15,352 nucleotides of DNA, from contig NW_021825533.1 of assembly GCF_006345805.1 (NCBI RefSeq), positions 1 through 15,352 of the forward strand, given 5' to 3'. Source of the stretch: Octopus sinensis. Its lineage: Eukaryota. Of this stretch, positions 10,400 through 15,352 are shown one piece after another. Position 1 is the stretch's first letter; every line of letters begins with the position of its first letter. The translations under genes and the position numbers were made by a program. Under the pieces are notes generated by a model. It saw only the letters and a list, made by a program, of their open reading frames with translations. It was not told the origin of the DNA and searched no databases.

Positions 10400-10782
10400 A
10401 GGCACAAAGCCTGAAATTTGGGTAATAGGGGACTAGACGATTACAATGACCCCAGTGTTTTACTGGTACTTAATCTTTCGACCACGAAAGAACGAAAGGC
10501 AATGTCGACCTCAGCGGAATTTGAACCCAGAACGTGAACACAGAAGAGATACCAATTTCTTTACTACCCACAAGGGGTTAAACATAGAGGGGACAAACAA
10601 GGATAGACAAACGGATTAAGTCGATTATATCGACTCCAGTGTGTAACTGGTACTTATTTAATCGAACCCGAAGGATGAAAGGCAAAGTCGACCTCGGCGG
10701 AATTTGAACTCAGCACGTAGCGGTATTTCGTCTACCGCTAAGCATGTCGCCCGGCGTGCCAACGTTTCTGCCAGCTCGCCGC
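10400..10782 (-). mobile_element. SINE family C dimer: complete long-tail copy (10554-10782) joined to a head-truncated short-tail copy (10400-10553)
   Basis: Head ttctgccagctcgccgc ends at 10782; the junction on the minus strand reads GTAAAGAAATT|GGTATCTC; two aaaggcaa-gtcgacctc cores. Confidence 0.9.
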
Positions 10783-10789
10783 TTTACTC

Positions 10790-10950
10790 TGCTCAAAATA
10801 TTGAAAAAACATTTTTTTAAAACACAATTCCTAATAATATTCAATTATAAAATTATAATAGAATGTTTTAAACACGGAATAGCGCCAGGGTCCATGCGAT
10901 TGAAATAAGAATCAATGTAGTCCATAGGCAAAAATGGTTGAGGAACACTA
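10790..10950. mobile_element. Possible one-ended hAT-Charlie-like MITE fragment
   Basis: AT-rich segment with two GTCCAT motifs, ending AAAAATGGTTGAGGAACACTA, similar to the reverse complement of the CAGTGGTTCTCAACC-type TIR. The partner end was not found. Confidence 0.4.
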
Positions 10951-11031
10951 CACTAGTATGTACCAGATTTAACTATTTAAAAGTTGGTATGAATCATTAG
11001 ATTCCCTCTTTCAATACGTCTTTCATCCGAG

Positions 11032-11512
11032 GGCGGCGAACTGGCAGAATCGTTAGCACGACAGGTAAAATGCTTTGCCGTATTTCGTCTGCCGCTACGT
11101 TCTGAGTTCAAATTGCGACGAGGTCAACTTTGCCTTTTATCCTTTCGGGATCGATAAATTAAGTACCAGTTACGCAATGGGGTCGATATATTCGACTTAA
11201 TCCATTTGTCTGTCCTTGTTTGTTCCCTCTGTGTGTAGCCCCTTGTGGGTAGTAAAGAAATAGGTATTTCGTCTGCCGCTACTTTCTGAGTTCAAATTCC
11301 GTTGAGGTTGACTTTGCCTTTCATCGTTTCGGGGTCGATAAATTAAGTACCAGTTACGCAATGGGGTCGATATAATCGACTTAATCCGTTTGTCTGTCCT
11401 TGTTTGTCCCCTCTATGTTTAGCCCCTTGTGGGTAATAAAGAAATAAAAATCCTTAGCGCGCCAGGTAAAATACTTAGCGGGGTTTCGTCCGTCTTTACG
11501 TCGCCGGTTCGA
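11032..11512 (+). mobile_element. SINE family C head-to-tail trimer (11032-11262, 11263-11446, 11447-11512 partial)
   Basis: GGCGGCGAACTGGCAGAATCGTTAGC head; junctions GTAAAGAAATA|GGTATTTCG and ATAAAGAAATA|AAAATCCTTAGCGCGCC. Confidence 0.92.
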
Positions 11513-11794
11513 TACTGAATTATTTGTCATCACGGCGCTTTGTCATTGGAACCTTTAAATAACCTGGAAATTTTGTTTCGCTTCCATTTGACAACTAACT
11601 TATAATCGCAGGTACTAAATTATACTCTGCTTATCTTTCTGCTTCATTTTTATGTATAAGAAAACTAGGAAAAGGTAAACGAAACGTGGAAAAGGAAAAT
11701 TCTCTCACACTGATTTCTGAAGATCTTTGACAAAGTAGAACTGACATTGAATATAAATTTTGGTGCTGTAAGCAGAAAAATCGGAGATAAAATA

Positions 11795-11906
11795 AATAGA
11801 TCGATCAATCGATCGATAGATAAATAGACATACAGACAGACAGACAGACAGGTAGATAGAGAAAGAGAAAAGAGTGTGAGAGAGATAGAGGTAGAGAGAG
11901 AGAGAG
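11795..11906. repeat. (GATA)/(GATC)/(GACA)/(GA) compound microsatellite
   Basis: Direct reading of the sequence. Confidence 0.85.
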
Positions 11907-11989
11907 GGGGAATAAAGAAGCATTAAGAAGCGTGCGCATGCATGCTGAACGTTTGCATCCAGTGCACCGGTCTGCTTTGCCTTGTTGTC

Positions 11990-12084
11990 ACACCGCCAAT
12001 TTATGGGGATGTAAACAAACCAACACCTGTTAACAAGCTAGGGAGGATACAAACACAGACACACACCTCCCCACACACCCTCAT

Positions 12085-12127
<43 letters not shown>
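11990..12127 (-). mobile_element. SINE family A central fragment with a (TA)n tract
   Basis: ggggatgtaaacaaaccaacacctgttaacaagc...acaaacacagacacaca matches ggggacataaacacaccagcatcggttgtcaagc...acaaacacagacaca at about 1561-1620. Confidence 0.65.
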
Positions 12128-12128
<1 letters not shown>

Positions 12129-12281
12129 GGATGCTTACATTCGAAATAAGATATTATTATTGTTAATATTATCTGAAACCAAGGTATATGAGTACCCCCA
12201 ACATCGGTTGCCAAACGCAGACACACAAATATATCCATACGTATATATATAGTAGGTGGAACCTGAAAAACACCCGAAGTG

Positions 12282-12317
<36 letters not shown>

Positions 12318-12470
12318 GGATGCTTACATTCGAAATAAGATATTATTATTGTTAATATTATCTGAAACCAAGGTATATGAGTACCCCCAACATCGGTTGC
12401 CAAACGCAGACACACAAATATATCCATACGTATATATATAGTAGGTGGAACCTGAAAAACACCCGAAGTG
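12128..12470. repeat. Perfect tandem duplication of 154 bp (12128-12281 and 12317-12470), period 189, delimited by TA tracts
   Basis: The two units are identical base by base on inspection. Confidence 0.95.
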
Positions 12471-12528
<58 letters not shown>

Positions 12529-12779
12529 TGTGTGTGTCTATCTGTCTGTCTGTCTGTATGTGTGTGTGTGTATTTTTGTGTGTCTGTCACTCCACCATCA
12601 CTTGACAACCGATGCTGGCGTGTTTATGTCCCAGTAACCTAACGATTCGACGAAAGAGACCGATAAAATAAGTACTAGGCTCGCAAAGAATAAGTCCTGG
12701 GGTCAATTTGCTCGACTAAAGGCGGTGCCCCAGTATGGCCGCAGGCAAATGAATGAAACAAGTAAATGAATAAAAGAAG
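12441..12779 (+). mobile_element. SINE family A, 5'-truncated copy
   Basis: gtaggtggaacctgaaa (similar to gtagacggaaactgaaa), TA/TG tract, cttgacaaccgatgctgg...aataagtcctggggtc...ctcgactaaaggcggtgc...tgaaacaagtaaatgaataaaagaa. Confidence 0.88.
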
Positions 12780-12791
12780 TACAGTATTGAA

Positions 12792-13012
12792 GGCGGTGAA
12801 CTGGCAGAAGCGGTACCACGCCGGACGAAATTGCTTTGTGGCATTCCATCCGGTTTATTACGTTCTGAGTTCAAACTATGCCGAGGTCGACTTCGCTTTT
12901 CATCCATTTCGGAGTCGATAATATAAGTACCAGTTGAGCACTGGAGTCGATTTAATCGACTTAACATCCACCTCCCTGAAATTAATGGCCTTGTGTGAAA
13001 AATTAAAATTAT
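12792..13012 (+). mobile_element. SINE family C, diverged full-length short-tail copy
   Basis: ggcggtgaactggcagaa...acgttctgagttcaaa...gccgaggtcgactt...taagtaccagttgagcactggagtcgatttaatcgact...ggccttgtg. Confidence 0.88.
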
Positions 13013-13120
13013 GATTAATTAAAAACAAGAAATTGATGAGAAAAATTAAATATCAAAATAACCGAGTTTACAAAATAACCCAGCTATTACAATACTAATC
13101 AAATAAAGTCTACTGATTGA

Positions 13121-13450
13121 GACTCCGTGAGTTACAACGGCGGGAGTTCGGTCTGATCCAGTCAACAGAACAGCCTGCTCTTGAAATTAACGTACAAGTA
13201 GCTCCACAGACTCATGTACCCTTAACGTAGTTCTCGGGGAGATTTAACGTGAAACAAAGTGCAATAAGACTGACCCGTTTGAATTACAGGTACAATTCAT
13301 TTTTGCCAGATGAGTGAACTGGAGTATTTTTGCCTGCGTGAATAAACTGTGAAATAAAGGGTATTGCTCAAGGACACAAACGATCGCCATGCATCGAACT
13401 CGTGATGTTACGATCTTGAGCTGGATACCGTAACCGCTTAGCCACGCTCC
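13121..13450 (-). mobile_element. SINE family E, tRNA-derived, diverged full-length copy
   Basis: Minus-strand head GGAGCGTGGCTAAGCGGTTA...GAGTTCGATGC (A/B-box-like); central segment shared with family B; distinct 3' region (ctacgttaagggtac...acgttaatttca). Confidence 0.8.
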
Positions 13451-13489
13451 TTCACTAACGCGTATAGTGAAGCGGTTTGATTATAGAGG

Positions 13490-13832
13490 ACGCCGTGATG
13501 CAAACCTGTTGCTACATTGCATATCTTGTTTATGAATGACTGCATCTGTGATGTAACAACAAGACAGGGATGCAATCAGTGTGTGTCACAACGCATCATG
13601 TCACTCAATCAATGCAAGTGTGATGTAACAGAACATCGGTGGTGCAATCGTGTTGTGACATCGCACATGATGAAGCGATTGACCGCTCTATGGATGCTGT
13701 TTCAGACGGAAAAGCAGTGATGTAAAACTCCATTGATGCATTACACAACACGAAATTAATTACTGCACGTGACATGTAACTGTAATCCAATCGCGTAACT
13801 CCTACTGTGATACGTCACACCATGCAATCAAC
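13490..13832. repeat. Degenerate tandem array, units of about 72-97 bp, rich in TGATG(T/C)AA and RTGCAAT motifs
   Basis: TGTGATGTAACA at 13547 and 13619, GTGATGTAAA at 13717, TGTGATAC at 13806; each is followed about 15-23 bp later by an RTGCAWT motif. Confidence 0.6.
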
Positions 13833-14048
13833 CGTGCCGGTCTTCGTAAAGCATTCAGTGACACAGCGCGATAAACAGTTAACCAACGCCACAAGAGAGA
13901 ACCACGGGGATCTTCTCCAATGCTGGCGCCTTGAAAGACGACAGGAAACATTACAAAATGAATTTACGTATAAATGTAACCAAATGTGAATCATTGGCGA
14001 TTTTTTCCCCTCCGTCTTCCTTTTCACTTGGACTGTCCTATGTCCCCT

Positions 14049-14082
14049 GTTTCTGAAGAAGAGCATTGCTCGAAACATAAAC
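14049..14082 (+). ncRNA. Minimal type I hammerhead ribozyme motif (Penelope-like element/retrozyme type), probably mutated
   Basis: CTGAAGA (14053-14059), bulged A, stem II GAGC-att-GCTC (14061-14071), GAAA, then C-ATA. Short stem I between (G)TTT and AAC. Confidence 0.6.
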
Positions 14083-14185
14083 CCACCTTTCTTTCCTTCC
14101 CCGAGTGTCTGCTAATACTATGCACGTACCACGTCCTCGCGTTGTTGTTTTTCTTGTGTTTGTTCTTTTGTTTTGTGGGGATTTA

Positions 14186-14408
14186 TTATATATATATATG
14201 TGTGTGTGTATATATACCTGTGTGTGTATGTGTGTATACGTGTATGTGTGAATGTTTATATGTACGCATGTATGTGCGTGTCAAACTATCTCTCTATCTA
14301 GCGAACAATCTAGCAATATATGTATGTTATGTAAATATGTATTGGCATGCATGTCTGTGTCTGAGAGAGAGAGAGAGAAAGATACAGAGAAACATTGAGA
14401 CAGAGACA
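14186..14408. repeat. (TA)/(TG)/(GA) compound microsatellites
   Basis: Direct reading of the sequence. Confidence 0.8.
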
Positions 14409-14705
14409 AAACCCTTAAAATGATAGAACTTCATGCCTGGAACACATGATCGAGGTTTTGCTGGTTCAGGATGACACAGCGAAGGAGAAAAACGACGAAG
14501 AACGAAGACGACAACATGGTCGGCGAACTAATTGCTAAAGATTGCATCAAAGGCCACCTCCACGTGCATGCACGCGCTTCAGTTGTCACGCATCAAACTG
14601 AATGCAACTGCACCGTTGCTGGCGCTTATCAATATGGCTTCGTATCTGGTTCTTCTATGCAGTTTTAATTCATCTTCGAAAATCTCACTATACGAAGTCT
14701 GATTC

Positions 14706-14711
<6 letters not shown>

Positions 14712-14759
<48 letters not shown>

Positions 14760-14942
14760 GAGGAGGGTGACGGGGAGAGAGGCAGATAGTCAGAGAGACA
14801 GAAAGAAAGAGAGAGAGAGAGATGTGAGGAGGGTGACGGGGAGAGAGGCAGATAGTCAGAGAGAGAGTAGGAGGGAGAGAGGAGAGAGAGAGAGAGAGAG
14901 TAGGATGGAGAGAGAGGGTGTGTAGGATAGAGGGAGAGAGAG
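14712..14942. repeat. (GA)n polypurine tract containing a perfect 41-bp direct repeat
   Basis: gtgaggagggtgacggggagagaggcagatagtcagagaga at 14758 and 14824 (period 66). Confidence 0.92.
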
Positions 14943-15076
14943 GTATAACACTGATGATCCGATATAGAAACAGTTTCCACGGATGAGAGATGACGGTTCT
15001 ACGGACACGTGTATTTTGAATGGAATAACGTTGATCCGTCGTAGTCGCATGATGGCACAGTGCGCATGAGTGCCTC

Positions 15077-15335
15077 TGTGTGTGTCTGTGTGTGTGTGTG
15101 TGTGTAAAAGACAAGGCCACTACTTTTCAGTAGGACGTATACTTGATATATGCCCATTTTCATATACATGCATATGTATTCGTGCGCACACAGATATACA
15201 CACAACACTCATTCTCTCAACTATATACGTATATAGGTATATTTAAATGCAAATATATATATATATGTCTGTGAGTGTGCGTGTATAAAGGGATAAATAT
15301 ATATATATGTAGATGTGTGTGTGTTCGTATGTGTG
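15077..15335. repeat. (TG)n and (TA)n microsatellite patches
   Basis: (TG)n at 15077-15105; TA/TG patches at 15250-15335. Confidence 0.75.
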
Positions 15336-15352
15336 TTCTGAAGGCACACGGC

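Noticed and set aside
11718-11745. CTGAAGA-T-CTTT-GAC-AAAG-TA-GAAC hammerhead-like motif
   Set aside because: GAAC replaces GAAA, and there is no stem III/cleavage triplet or stem I.
11930-11946. NRF1-like TGCGCATGCA motif
   Set aside because: An isolated motif in alternating purine-pyrimidine low-complexity sequence, with no other promoter evidence.
14951-14971. CTGATGA-TCCGATATA-GAAAC hammerhead-like motif
   Set aside because: No stem II pairing and no stem I.

Overview
AT-rich eukaryotic non-coding DNA, either intronic or intergenic. No protein-coding gene, rRNA, true tRNA or CRISPR array can be supported. Most ORFs in the track are translations of microsatellites or SINEs. The window is a mosaic of (TA)n, (CA)n, (GA)n, (GATA)n, (GACA)n and (TTA)n microsatellites and about 20 copies or fragments of tRNA-headed SINE-like repeats, which I label A-E for convenience. 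From recall these resemble octopus/coleoid cephalopod repeats; that assignment is unverified. It also holds a 412-bp non-autonomous hAT-like element with a decayed transposase C-terminus, a second partial MITE end, several local tandem duplications, and a minimal Penelope-type hammerhead ribozyme motif near 14053. The most unusual pattern is that family C forms head-to-tail multimers whose junctions recur at the same two internal positions of its own head, suggesting self-targeted insertion. One of these positions lies in a hairpin that shows a loop micro-inversion in another copy. Boundaries were read by eye and may be off by a few bases.
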